64,000 nucleotides of DNA. Origin: Gammaproteobacteria bacterium (GTDB lineage Bacteria; Pseudomonadota; Gammaproteobacteria; G965277405). Of this stretch, positions 52,080 through 61,611 are shown piece after piece. Both the position numbers and the translations under genes were made by a program. The notes under the pieces are model-generated. The model was not told the origin of the DNA. It worked only from the letters and a program-made list of their open reading frames with translations, and made no database searches. Location: assembly GCA_965277405.1 (NCBI GenBank), contig OZ255726.1:608001-672000 (forward strand), given 5' to 3'. Position 1 is the first letter of the stretch; each line of letters begins with the position of its first letter.

Positions 52080-52874
52080 ATGAGCAATACAGTGTTAGCG
52101 TTACAAGGAGTCAGCAAGTTTTTTGGTACAGTTATTGCGCTTCAGGATGTTTCGTTTAGTTTGGAAAAAGCCGAAGTGCATTGTTTGCTTGGTGATAATG
52201 GCGCTGGTAAATCTACCCTAATCAAAATCTTGTCTGGCGTACACACACCGAGCACAGGTAAATACATATACGAAGGTAAGGAAATGCAGATGGATTCGCC
52301 ACGGAATGCGCTGAAGATGGGTGTGGCAACGGTGTATCAAGATTTAGCGCTAGTACCACTGATGAGTATTACGCGTAATTTCTTTATGGGACGTGAAATA
52401 TATTCATCTGTCGTCGGAATAAAAGTTTTAGATATGCCGACGATGAATGAAATCACCCATACGCAGCTTAAAAAAATAGGCATCGCCATTCGCTCGCCAG
52501 CACAGGCTGTTGGGACCATGAGCGGTGGCGAACGCCAATCATTAGCCATCGCTAGGGCGGTGTATTTTGGTGCAAAAGTATTGATTTTAGATGAACCAAC
52601 TGCCGCATTAGGTGTCGTGCAAACAGTCAATGTATTGAAGACTGTTCACCAAACAAAACTGGCTGGGGTATCTGTTATCTTTATAACTCATAATGTACGG
52701 CATGCAATGGCGGTTGGCGACCGTTTCACAGTGTTAAACAGAGGCAAAACGCTAGAGGTATGCAAGAGGAGCGGCACACACGTGACATTAGATTATTTAC
52801 AAAACTTGATGGCGGGTGACAAGGATTTGGAAGATATTACAGCAGAGCTTGGGGACACCGTCGCCAATGTATAA
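52080..52874 (+). CDS. Sugar (inositol) ABC ATPase
   Basis: GDNGAGKST, MSGGERQ, LDEPTAALG. Confidence 0.9.
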   Translation: MSNTVLALQGVSKFFGTVIALQDVSFSLEKAEVHCLLGDNGAGKSTLIKILSGVHTPSTGKYIYEGKEMQMDSPRNALKMGVATVYQDLALVPLMSITRNFFMGREIYSSVVGIKVLDMPTMNEITHTQLKKIGIAIRSPAQAVGTMSGGERQSLAIARAVYFGAKVLILDEPTAALGVVQTVNVLKTVHQTKLAGVSVIFITHNVRHAMAVGDRFTVLNRGKTLEVCKRSGTHVTLDYLQNLMAGDKDLEDITAELGDTVANV

Positions 52875-52904
52875 ATATTTCAGTAGTTAGGCTCCAAAAC
52901 TATA

Positions 52905-54740
52905 ATGCAAAAATTAACCGTAGCGCAGGGCTTAGTAAAGTATCTTTGTCACCAATATATAATTATTGATGGCAAAAAAAAACAACTTTTCCCTGGGATT
53001 TTTGGCATTTTTGGACATGGCAATGTCACCTGTTTAGCGAGTGCGCTGTATCAAGTTAAAGAAGTATTGCCAACATGGCGAGGGCAGAATGAACAGTCGA
53101 TGGCGCATGCGGCAATAGCGTATAGTAAGGCAGTCCTCAGACAGCAAATTATGGTTACTACCTCATCAGTTGGTCCTGGGGCATTGAACATGGTCACAGC
53201 CGCTGGAGTTGCGCATACCAATCACCTACCGCTGCTAATTTTGTCTGGTGACTATTTTGCCAATCGACGCCCAGATCCTGTGCTGCAACAAGTCGAGCAT
53301 CCACATGATCCAACATTGAGTGTGAATGATGCGTTTAAGCCTGTTACTCGCTATTGGGATCGGATAACCCATCCTGAACAAATTTTGCAAAGTCTGCCGC
53401 ATGCCGTGGCAACGCTGGTTGACCCTGGTAGCTGCGGCCCTGCTTTTATCGGTCTTTGTCAAGATATTCAAGGAGTTGCGTATGATTATCCTGAAGAGTT
53501 TTTTGCCGATTGCGTATGGCATATTCCGCGGCCAGAATCTGATAAACAAGAATTAAACAATGCGCTGGCGTTACTCAAATCAGCACAAAAACCTTTGATT
53601 ATTGCCGGCGGTGGGGTGCGCTATTCAAGAGCGAATGCAACGTTGTCGCAGTTTGCACAAAAATATCAAATACCTGTCGTAGAGACGGTCGCTGGTCGAG
53701 CAACATTAATTCATTCTGACCCATCTTTTGCAGGACCGATTGGGGTGACAGGGAGTGATAGTGCGAATTATATGAGCAAAAATGCTGATGTTATTTTGGT
53801 GCTTGGAACCAAGCTGCAAGACTTCACAACAGGCTCGTGGACTAACTTTTCACCTAGCGCCCAATTCATTGCAGTGAATACTCGGCGGTTTGATACAACC
53901 AAGCACCGAGCACTTGCTGTTGTAGCTGATGTTAAAGTAACACTCGAACAGTTTGACGCGCGTTTTACTGATTTTGCTGGATTCGATGCTGGCTGGTATG
54001 CAACGGCAAGAAGCCAATTACAACAATGGGATGGCGCAATCGATACGTATAACGCCCAAACAGGTACTTTAATGCACTATGGGCATATTATCGCCGCGGT
54101 AAATAAACAGTGCCAAGACAATAGCTATGTGCTTACCGCCGCGGGGGGCTTCCCTGGTGAATTGAATAAGATGTGGCGGACTAGCACACCAGATACTGTT
54201 GATTGTGAGTATGGGTTTTCTTGCATGGGGTATGAAATTGCAGGTGGTTGGGGCGCAAAAATGGCTTGTCCGCACAATGATGTGTATGTGCTCGTCGGTG
54301 ATGGCTCGTATATGATGATGAACAGTGATATATATTCATCAGTGCTCACTGGGCATAAACTCATCGTTATCGTTTGTGATAATTTTGGTTTCGCTGTTAT
54401 CAATCGGCTGCAAAACGCTACAGGCGGTGCGTCGTTTAATAATCAAATTGCAGATTGCAAAATAACCGAACCTTTTTCTGTTAATTTTGCGCAACATGCT
54501 GCGTCTATGGGCGCGTATAGCAAAAAAGTTGAGACGCAAGAGCAGTTTATAGCAGCGCTTAAATGGGCGAAAACTACAGATAAAACGACAGTTATTTGTG
54601 TCGAGATTGACCCTTTTACTTGGTCCAAAGGTGGGTGCTGGTGGGATGTTGGCATGCCAGAGGTGAGCGATAGCACCGCAATTCAACAAGCAAGTGTAGA
54701 GCATCAACACGGGAGATTGCAGCAAAGGCGCGGCATCTAA
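52905..54740 (+). CDS. iolD: 3D-(3,5/4)-trihydroxycyclohexane-1,2-dione acylhydrolase
   Basis: GIFGHGNV, GQNEQSMAH, RRPDPVLQQ, EYGFSCMGYE, GDGSY ThDP motif, WWDV. Confidence 0.95.
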   Translation: MQKLTVAQGLVKYLCHQYIIIDGKKKQLFPGIFGIFGHGNVTCLASALYQVKEVLPTWRGQNEQSMAHAAIAYSKAVLRQQIMVTTSSVGPGALNMVTAAGVAHTNHLPLLILSGDYFANRRPDPVLQQVEHPHDPTLSVNDAFKPVTRYWDRITHPEQILQSLPHAVATLVDPGSCGPAFIGLCQDIQGVAYDYPEEFFADCVWHIPRPESDKQELNNALALLKSAQKPLIIAGGGVRYSRANATLSQFAQKYQIPVVETVAGRATLIHSDPSFAGPIGVTGSDSANYMSKNADVILVLGTKLQDFTTGSWTNFSPSAQFIAVNTRRFDTTKHRALAVVADVKVTLEQFDARFTDFAGFDAGWYATARSQLQQWDGAIDTYNAQTGTLMHYGHIIAAVNKQCQDNSYVLTAAGGFPGELNKMWRTSTPDTVDCEYGFSCMGYEIAGGWGAKMACPHNDVYVLVGDGSYMMMNSDIYSSVLTGHKLIVIVCDNFGFAVINRLQNATGGASFNNQIADCKITEPFSVNFAQHAASMGAYSKKVETQEQFIAALKWAKTTDKTTVICVEIDPFTWSKGGCWWDVGMPEVSDSTAIQQASVEHQHGRLQQRRGI

Positions 54741-54768
54741 GGCTATTTTTTACCAACTAATTTTTTCA

Positions 54769-55665
54769 ATGCAACAATTAAACACAAAAATTGGTGTGTC
54801 AGCTATTGCCTGGCTGAACGACGATACACCAGAACTAACAAACCATGTCACCCTTGAGCAGGCGCTTGCTGATATGGAAAAAATCGGGTTTAAAGGAACA
54901 GAAAATGGCACTGCATTTCCAAAAGATGCTGCTGCTTTATCGAGTGTGCTGTGTCGCTATAACCTAGAGCTGGTTTCAGGCTGGTACACCGGCAAATTAG
55001 CAGAGAGAAGTTATCAAGACGAATTGCAGGCAATCAAAGCGCAGCTTAAGTTGTTCAAAGAGCTTGGTGCAGCGGTTATCGTCTATGGTGAAACCAGCAG
55101 AGCCATGAATCTAAGACAGCCATTGCTGCAAAAGCCAACCATTGCTAAAGATGAGTTTCCTGCATACGCGAGGAAAGTAGACGACCTTGCCAAGTATTGT
55201 AATGACTTTGGTGTGCCATTGGCGTTGCATCAACATATGGGGACCTGTATTCAACATATGGATGAATTACACCGATTGATGGATCTGACCACAGAGTTAC
55301 ATATCACTTTTGATACAGGGCATTGTCTGCTGGCAGGTGGTGATCCATTAGAAATATGTCAAATGTATGCGCAGCGCATCAATCACTTACATTTGAAAGA
55401 TGTCCGTAAGCCAATGCTTGATGCTCTTGATGTCGCGCAAGATTCATTTACTGATGTGCTCAGCAAAGGAGTGTTTACAGTTCCAGGGGATGGTTGCATC
55501 GACTATGACCCTATTATTGATACGTTACGACAGCATGGCTACCAAGGCTGGTTTGTTATTGAGGCTGAACAAGACCCGCGCAAGGCTGACCCATATGCAT
55601 TTTCAAAACAAGGCTATGAATATACGCAGCAGCTTGCCTTAAGACATAATTACCAACTCAATTAA
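54769..55665 (+). CDS. iolE: Myo-inosose-2 dehydratase
   Basis: IAWLNDD, SGWY, HQHMGT, DTGH, HLKDVR, FTVPGDG, EAEQDP. Confidence 0.92.
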   Translation: MQQLNTKIGVSAIAWLNDDTPELTNHVTLEQALADMEKIGFKGTENGTAFPKDAAALSSVLCRYNLELVSGWYTGKLAERSYQDELQAIKAQLKLFKELGAAVIVYGETSRAMNLRQPLLQKPTIAKDEFPAYARKVDDLAKYCNDFGVPLALHQHMGTCIQHMDELHRLMDLTTELHITFDTGHCLLAGGDPLEICQMYAQRINHLHLKDVRKPMLDALDVAQDSFTDVLSKGVFTVPGDGCIDYDPIIDTLRQHGYQGWFVIEAEQDPRKADPYAFSKQGYEYTQQLALRHNYQLN

Positions 55666-55676
55666 GCTAACGCAGC

Positions 55677-56705
55677 ATGAAAAAAATTAAACTAGCGATC
55701 AGTGGCTTAGGTCGATTGGGAGCAATGCAGGCTGAAAATTTAGCGTATAGAATACCAGGCTGCAAACTAATTGCGGCGTGTGATCCTGATACAGCAAAAT
55801 TACAATGGGCAAAGGAGCATTTAGGCGTTGATCACACCTATACAAATTTTACAACACTTTGCAAGCAAGAGGATATAGACGGTATTTTCATTGTATCGCC
55901 GACGGCATTGCATGGTGAGCATATTATTGGGGCATTACAGTCTGGTAAGCATGTTTTTTGTGAAAAACCGTTAGCAATGACCATTAGGGAATGTGTTCAG
56001 ATTGAGCAAGAACGCGAAAAATTTAAAAAATGCATCGCTATGATTGGCTTTTCACGCCGCTATGACGCTGCATATATGCGCGCCAAGGCAAAAGTTGATG
56101 CGGGACAAATAGGCAGACCGTTCTTTATTCGCAGTACTTCAAGCGACATGCACGCAACCGCAGCGTTTCAAATTGAGTTTTCCAAAAAAAGCGGAGGTAT
56201 TTTTGTCGATATGGCAATCCACGATGTAGACATGGTGCATTGGATGAGTGGTCAGCAACTCAAGCGGGTATTTGGTGTAGGCGGCGCATATTGCAACCCT
56301 AGTTTTGCAGAATTTAACGATGCCGATAATGCAGCAGTTTTAGGGGAGCAACAAGACGGAACGATGGCGATGATACAAGTCACCAGAGATTCATTTTATG
56401 GCGACTCAACTGATTTAACGATTCAGGGGACAAAAGGAGCATTGCATGTCAACAATCATTCTCGACGCGACCAGCTCGATGAATATATTGACGGGGCAAT
56501 GAAAATTGAATGCACCGATGGTTTTTCACAACGATTTAGGCAGGCATTTATTACGGAAGCTGAATGTTTTGTAGACCACATTCGCTCAAATACCCAACCA
56601 CAGAACACGCTTACAGAGGCAACGTATGCTACAAAAGCAGCGATTGCCTGCCGTCAGGCATTACAAACGAAATCAATTATCGAACTGGACGAAGTAACAG
56701 ATTGA
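55677..56705 (+). CDS. Gfo/Idh/MocA oxidoreductase, inositol dehydrogenase-like
   Basis: GLGRLG, FCEKP, GFSRRYD, SGGIFVDMAIHDVD. Confidence 0.88.
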   Translation: MKKIKLAISGLGRLGAMQAENLAYRIPGCKLIAACDPDTAKLQWAKEHLGVDHTYTNFTTLCKQEDIDGIFIVSPTALHGEHIIGALQSGKHVFCEKPLAMTIRECVQIEQEREKFKKCIAMIGFSRRYDAAYMRAKAKVDAGQIGRPFFIRSTSSDMHATAAFQIEFSKKSGGIFVDMAIHDVDMVHWMSGQQLKRVFGVGGAYCNPSFAEFNDADNAAVLGEQQDGTMAMIQVTRDSFYGDSTDLTIQGTKGALHVNNHSRRDQLDEYIDGAMKIECTDGFSQRFRQAFITEAECFVDHIRSNTQPQNTLTEATYATKAAIACRQALQTKSIIELDEVTD

Positions 56706-56728
56706 TACGCTAACGAGGCAATTGACAC

Positions 56729-57724
56729 ATGATAAACGTAGCCGTTTTTGGCACAGGTAGAATTGGCAAAATTCATATTAATAATATAGCACAACATGCT
56801 GATGTGCGGCTGGTTGGGATTTGTGACCCATACGCTATAGATATCCACGTGATTGCGGATCGCTATCAAACCAAGGTGATGTTAGCAGTAGATATTTTTG
56901 CAGATACCTCAATCGAGATAGTGGTTATTGCCAGCAGCACCAGTACCCACTTTGAGCTGATACAACAATCCTTGTTACACGGCAAACATATTTTTTGTGA
57001 AAAACCAATAGATCTGGCGATTGATAAGGTTCGCAGCATTCAAGCATTAGCGGAGCAAAGCCAAAGTAAATTTGGCTTTGGGTTGAATAGGCGTCACGAT
57101 ACCAACTTTACCCATTTAAAGCAGGCAATCGATGCTGGTGAAATTGGGCAATTAGAAAGTTTGAGCATTATTTCGCGCGATCCTGCGCCACCACCTTTGG
57201 AATATATTAAAAATTCTGGTGGGCTAATTAGAGATATGATGATTCATGATCTAGATATGGCAAACTTTTTGCTAGGTAGCGACACCATTGTCGACGTGTA
57301 TGCCAGAGGCTCAAACTTTGTTGACCCTGCGATTGGCGCAGCAGGAGACATTGACGGCGCTAGCGTTCACTTTACCACCAACAACGGAGTGCTAGGCAAC
57401 ATCATTAATTCCAGAAGGTGCGCATATGGCTATGATCAAAGAATCGAAGCGTTTGGCGCCAAAGGACATTTGCTCGTCCACAATGTACCGCAGAACTTTG
57501 TCGAGAAGGCCACCGCAGATGCTGTGCAACACCCACTACCCCAGTTGTTTTTTTTGCAACGCTATGCAGCAGCATACCAAATTGAATTAGACGCATTTTT
57601 CAACTGGATACAAGGAGGCAAACCGTTTCGAGCCAATCTTATGGATGCTGTGTATGCCTCAGAGTTAGCAGAAATAATCATGACATCACTTGCAAGAAAA
57701 GAAAAAATGCAGGTTGATTTATGA
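56729..57724 (+). CDS. iolG: Inositol 2-dehydrogenase
   Basis: GTGRIG, FCEKPID, SRDPAPPP, SGGLIRDMMIHD, YGYDQRIE, FFLQRY. Confidence 0.9.
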   Translation: MINVAVFGTGRIGKIHINNIAQHADVRLVGICDPYAIDIHVIADRYQTKVMLAVDIFADTSIEIVVIASSTSTHFELIQQSLLHGKHIFCEKPIDLAIDKVRSIQALAEQSQSKFGFGLNRRHDTNFTHLKQAIDAGEIGQLESLSIISRDPAPPPLEYIKNSGGLIRDMMIHDLDMANFLLGSDTIVDVYARGSNFVDPAIGAAGDIDGASVHFTTNNGVLGNIINSRRCAYGYDQRIEAFGAKGHLLVHNVPQNFVEKATADAVQHPLPQLFFLQRYAAAYQIELDAFFNWIQGGKPFRANLMDAVYASELAEIIMTSLARKEKMQVDL

Positions 57725-58854
57725 TCAAATACAAGGTTGAGAAACCCTTACACATTGGGGTGATTGGTGCTGGATATATGGGGAAAAGCCATGCCCATGC
57801 GTATAGAAATCTTGCTGGTCATCCGTTACACCCGCGATTATACGCGGTTGCTACAAGCAATATTGCCTCGGCAAAACACGCGGCAGAAGCATATAATTTC
57901 CCGCGCTACACCGATTGTTGGCGGTTACTGTGTGAAGATGAGCAAGTAGATGTCGTCTGTGTTACTAGCCCGAATCAATTTCATCTTGAGCAGGCACAAT
58001 ACGCCCTTGAATGCGGTAAAAAATTATCGCTTGAAAAACCGTTGGTTATTAGCATCGCCGAGCTGGCAGTACTCAATACCACAGCAAAAGCGGCGAACAC
58101 TACGATTAACATTGGGTATAATTATTTGCATAACCCAATGCTGTATTACGCTAAGCAACTCATCCAAACGGGAAAAATAGGAGCATTAGTCAGTTTCCGT
58201 GTTATTCACAGTGAGGATTTTTTAGCCCAGCAAGCGAGTACTTTTAAATCATGGCATATTGACAAAAGCGTCGGCGGTGGTGTTGTCAGAGACATCGGCT
58301 CACACCCATTGTCAATGGTAAATTACTTGATTGGTGATGTTCAGCGTGTTTGCGCAATTGGTAAACGCCAGTTTGCGACAAGAGGTCCTAAGCACACCCC
58401 AGTAACCGTGGAAGACCATATTGATGTGCTTATCGCCATGGATGATAACCTGCAAGGTACGCTAACGGCATCGTGGATAGGTTCTGGTCGGGGGATGAAT
58501 CTGGGCTTCGAAATCTACGGCAGCCAAGGTGCATTATGTTTTAACCAAGAACGCCTCAACGAATTGCAACTGTATGTGGTCGATCAACATAATTTAGCCG
58601 ATAAAGGCGCACTGACATTACGCGCTGGTCAGCATCACCCCGAATTCGATGTGGTTTGTCCAGGCAATGAGCACGGGATAGGGTTCATGGATTTAAAAAT
58701 ATTAGAGGCTAAAAATTATTTAGACAGCATTTTGCAGAACAAACAGCCGATTACCAGTTTGGCAATGGGGTTGAAAGTAGAGCAACAAATTGCAGCTATA
58801 TATCAATCAATTGCGGCAAAAAATTGGATTGACGTGTGTTACGAAATTGCGTAA
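57721..58854 (+). CDS. Gfo/Idh/MocA oxidoreductase (third paralogue, different clade)
   Basis: GAGYMGKSH, LEKPL, GYNY, DIGSH, QERLNEL, GFMDLK.LE. Confidence 0.88.
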   Translation: MIKYKVEKPLHIGVIGAGYMGKSHAHAYRNLAGHPLHPRLYAVATSNIASAKHAAEAYNFPRYTDCWRLLCEDEQVDVVCVTSPNQFHLEQAQYALECGKKLSLEKPLVISIAELAVLNTTAKAANTTINIGYNYLHNPMLYYAKQLIQTGKIGALVSFRVIHSEDFLAQQASTFKSWHIDKSVGGGVVRDIGSHPLSMVNYLIGDVQRVCAIGKRQFATRGPKHTPVTVEDHIDVLIAMDDNLQGTLTASWIGSGRGMNLGFEIYGSQGALCFNQERLNELQLYVVDQHNLADKGALTLRAGQHHPEFDVVCPGNEHGIGFMDLKILEAKNYLDSILQNKQPITSLAMGLKVEQQIAAIYQSIAAKNWIDVCYEIA

Positions 58855-58869
58855 TAGCAGAGTATCACC

Positions 58870-59709
58870 ATGGAACTTGATAAAGTTAACACAACAATTG
58901 CTGAGATATATTCGAGCCTGAGTCCTGTTAATAAAAAAATTGCAAATTATTTCTTAACCAATCCAGACGAGATTGTTTTTTATAACATCGTCAGTTTGAG
59001 TCAGATTTTACAAATTAGTCCTTCAAGCATTTTCAAGTTTGCCAAACTATTAGGGTTAACCGGCTTTAAGGAATTACAGAATATCTACAGAATGCATCTG
59101 GTTCAAACTTCTGTAGAAGGTGGTTTTTCTGAAAAGCACAGCGCGCTCAAGCAGAGCGTAGCATTGACCACAAAATACGACCTACAGCGAGTTATTGATG
59201 ATATTGTAAAACAAGATTTACTGGCGCTTGAGCAAATGAGAAAGCATATAGACGTTGCTGATGTCGAACGTGCCATCAGTAAAATGCTTGCTGCAGATAC
59301 TATTTATATTGCAGGACAACTGCGTTCCGAATCGATTGCCAACTGGTTGTGCTATACCTTAACAATGCTTGGGAAAAAAAATCGCCTACTCAATGCCAGC
59401 GCAGCTGCTATGCATGGAGCACAAGGAAAATTCATTGGTTGCAATGATGTCCTGATGAGTATTTCGTTCCAGTTTTATTCAGAATTGGTTATTCAAACAA
59501 CCAACACTGCTAGGCAAAACAAATGCAATATTATTGCCATTACAGATGGAGATGCCTCGCCCTTGCAGCCGTTGGCTGACGTGTGTTTTTCATTGCCCTA
59601 TAAAGAGTATTTGTTTTCTAAATCACTGACAGCGGCAATGAGTTTAGCTCTCATTCTGACAACTGGCTTGGCGCAAAAATTTAAAAGTTATGAAAAAACG
59701 AATATCTAA
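58870..59709 (+). CDS. RpiR/MurR-family transcriptional regulator (HTH + SIS), IolR-like
   Basis: LSPVNKKIANY...SSIFKFAKLLGLTGFKELQ; IIAITD...SPL. Confidence 0.88.
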   Translation: MELDKVNTTIAEIYSSLSPVNKKIANYFLTNPDEIVFYNIVSLSQILQISPSSIFKFAKLLGLTGFKELQNIYRMHLVQTSVEGGFSEKHSALKQSVALTTKYDLQRVIDDIVKQDLLALEQMRKHIDVADVERAISKMLAADTIYIAGQLRSESIANWLCYTLTMLGKKNRLLNASAAAMHGAQGKFIGCNDVLMSISFQFYSELVIQTTNTARQNKCNIIAITDGDASPLQPLADVCFSLPYKEYLFSKSLTAAMSLALILTTGLAQKFKSYEKTNI

Positions 59710-61417
59710 GGAACAGCTGCGCAGTTTTCGCTGGTATGGCAAAGATGATCTGCGCTCGTTTGGACACAGATCACGCAGCAAGCAAATGGGGCTGTGGGAT
59801 GAAGAATATATAGGAAAACCAATCATTGGGATAATCAACCCGTGGAATGAACTCAATACCTGCCATACGCATTTCCCCGATCGAGTTATAGATATTAAAA
59901 GGGGGGTGACTGCCAGTGGAGGGTTCCCCGTTGAAATTCCTGTCATGTCTTTAGGCGAGCAATTGATGAAACCAACGGCGATGTTGTTCCGTAATTTTTT
60001 GGCAATGGAAGTTGAAGAGATTATCCGCGCGTATCCCATCGATGGTGTCGTGCTGCTTGGTGGTTGCGACAAGACAACGCCTGGCGTAATAATGGGTGGC
60101 ATCAGCGTTGGCTTACCGATGCTATATGTGCCTGGAGGAGCAATGCGCAAGGCTGCTTGGCGTGGCGAAGTATTGGGCAGTGGCAGTGATGTTTGGAAGT
60201 ATTGGGAAGAAAAAAGAATTGGCACATTGCCTGCTGCAGATTGGGAAGATTTAGAAAATAGTATTGCCGCGACTCCAGGTACCTGCATGTCTATGGGCAC
60301 CGCCGCGACCATGATGAGCGTTGCCGACGCCCTGGGATTGTGCATTACTGGCGCGTCTTCGATTCCTGCCGTCGATGCCAACCATAGGCGCATGGGGTCA
60401 CAGTCTGGGCGTCTCATTGTGGAAATGGTTTGGCAGGATGTACGACCAACTGATATTATTAGTCGGCAAAGCGTTGAAAATGCTGTCAAAGTCTGCTGCG
60501 CTATTGGCGGCTCTACTAACGCCATCATCCATATTGTTGCAATCGCCAAGCGCGCGAAAATACCATTTTCTCTTGAAGAGTTTGATACGCTTGCAAAAGA
60601 TGTGCCATTACTCGCCAATATTAAGCCAACAGGTAAATATGTAATGGAGGATTTTTATTTTGCAGGTGGGTTAAAGGCGCTGATGTGGCAACTAAGAAGG
60701 CACTTAAATTTGCAGCTACCAACAGTTAATTTTCGCACGCTCCATCAAAACGTGGCTGAGAGTAAAGTGTGGAATGAAACAGTCATTACCAGTGTCGATA
60801 ACCCGCTCTCTCCTGGAGGCTCATTAGTCATCTTGAAAGGCAATATCGCACCAAATGGCTGCGTACTAAAACCGCATGCCATGGAAAAGCGGTTTTTGAA
60901 GCATACTGGCAAAGCGCTAGTGTATGACCACATTAAAACCATGAAAATAGCAATGGAAGATATGGCGCTTGATGTCAGCAAAGATGATGTATTGGTGCTG
61001 CGTAATGCAGGTTCAGTTGGTGCAATGGGGATGCCAGAATGGGGGCAGTTACCGTTACCAAAAAAACTCGTGAAACAAGGTGTTCGCGATATGCTGCGTA
61101 TTTCTGATGCACGGATGAGCGGCACAAGTTATGGCGCGTGTATTTTGCACGTCAGCCCAGAAGCTGCGCTGCATGGGCCGCTGGCGCTGATCCAAAATGG
61201 CGATGAAATTTGTTTAGATGTGGAAAAACGTAGCCTCCACGTTTTAGTCGATGAGGTAACGTTAGCTGCGAGAAGAAAAAAACTACCGCCAATAACAAGC
61301 TATGACTCTGGCTACGCTGCATTATTCAGCAAACACATCCAACAAGCAGATCAAGGCTGTGACTTCGATTTTCTTGCGCATGGCGATAGAACAAGTGATG
61401 AACCGTTTATTGACTAG
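59690..61417 (+). CDS. IlvD/Edd-family [2Fe-2S] sugar-acid dehydratase (AraD-like clade)
   Basis: NTCH, GGCDKTTP, GTCMSMGTA, GGSTNA, GMPEWG, SDARMSGTS, HVSPE. Confidence 0.92.
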   Translation: MKKRISKEQLRSFRWYGKDDLRSFGHRSRSKQMGLWDEEYIGKPIIGIINPWNELNTCHTHFPDRVIDIKRGVTASGGFPVEIPVMSLGEQLMKPTAMLFRNFLAMEVEEIIRAYPIDGVVLLGGCDKTTPGVIMGGISVGLPMLYVPGGAMRKAAWRGEVLGSGSDVWKYWEEKRIGTLPAADWEDLENSIAATPGTCMSMGTAATMMSVADALGLCITGASSIPAVDANHRRMGSQSGRLIVEMVWQDVRPTDIISRQSVENAVKVCCAIGGSTNAIIHIVAIAKRAKIPFSLEEFDTLAKDVPLLANIKPTGKYVMEDFYFAGGLKALMWQLRRHLNLQLPTVNFRTLHQNVAESKVWNETVITSVDNPLSPGGSLVILKGNIAPNGCVLKPHAMEKRFLKHTGKALVYDHIKTMKIAMEDMALDVSKDDVLVLRNAGSVGAMGMPEWGQLPLPKKLVKQGVRDMLRISDARMSGTSYGACILHVSPEAALHGPLALIQNGDEICLDVEKRSLHVLVDEVTLAARRKKLPPITSYDSGYAALFSKHIQQADQGCDFDFLAHGDRTSDEPFID

Positions 61418-61611
61418 CTAAAATCGATACAACAAGAAATTAATGAGCACTTTTACAATACAATACAATTACAAAACAACACAAAACCACACAATACAAC
61501 AAGCCGTGTTAAGCAAGACAGGCATCCTGCAAGACGGTAGAATGCACGCAGACTTTAATAGCCACAATCAACCTGTATACCTGTACAGTAGATAATGAAT
61601 TCGGAGGAAAT

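Noticed and set aside
59644-60618. 324-aa minus-strand ORF
   Set aside because: Antisense shadow of the well-conserved IlvD/Edd dehydratase.
59690-61417. Calling the dehydratase ilvD (branched-chain amino acid synthesis)
   Set aside because: N-terminus (LRS.RWYG.DDLRSFGHRSR) and DARMSGTS context match the sugar-acid dehydratase clade, and neighbours are catabolic.
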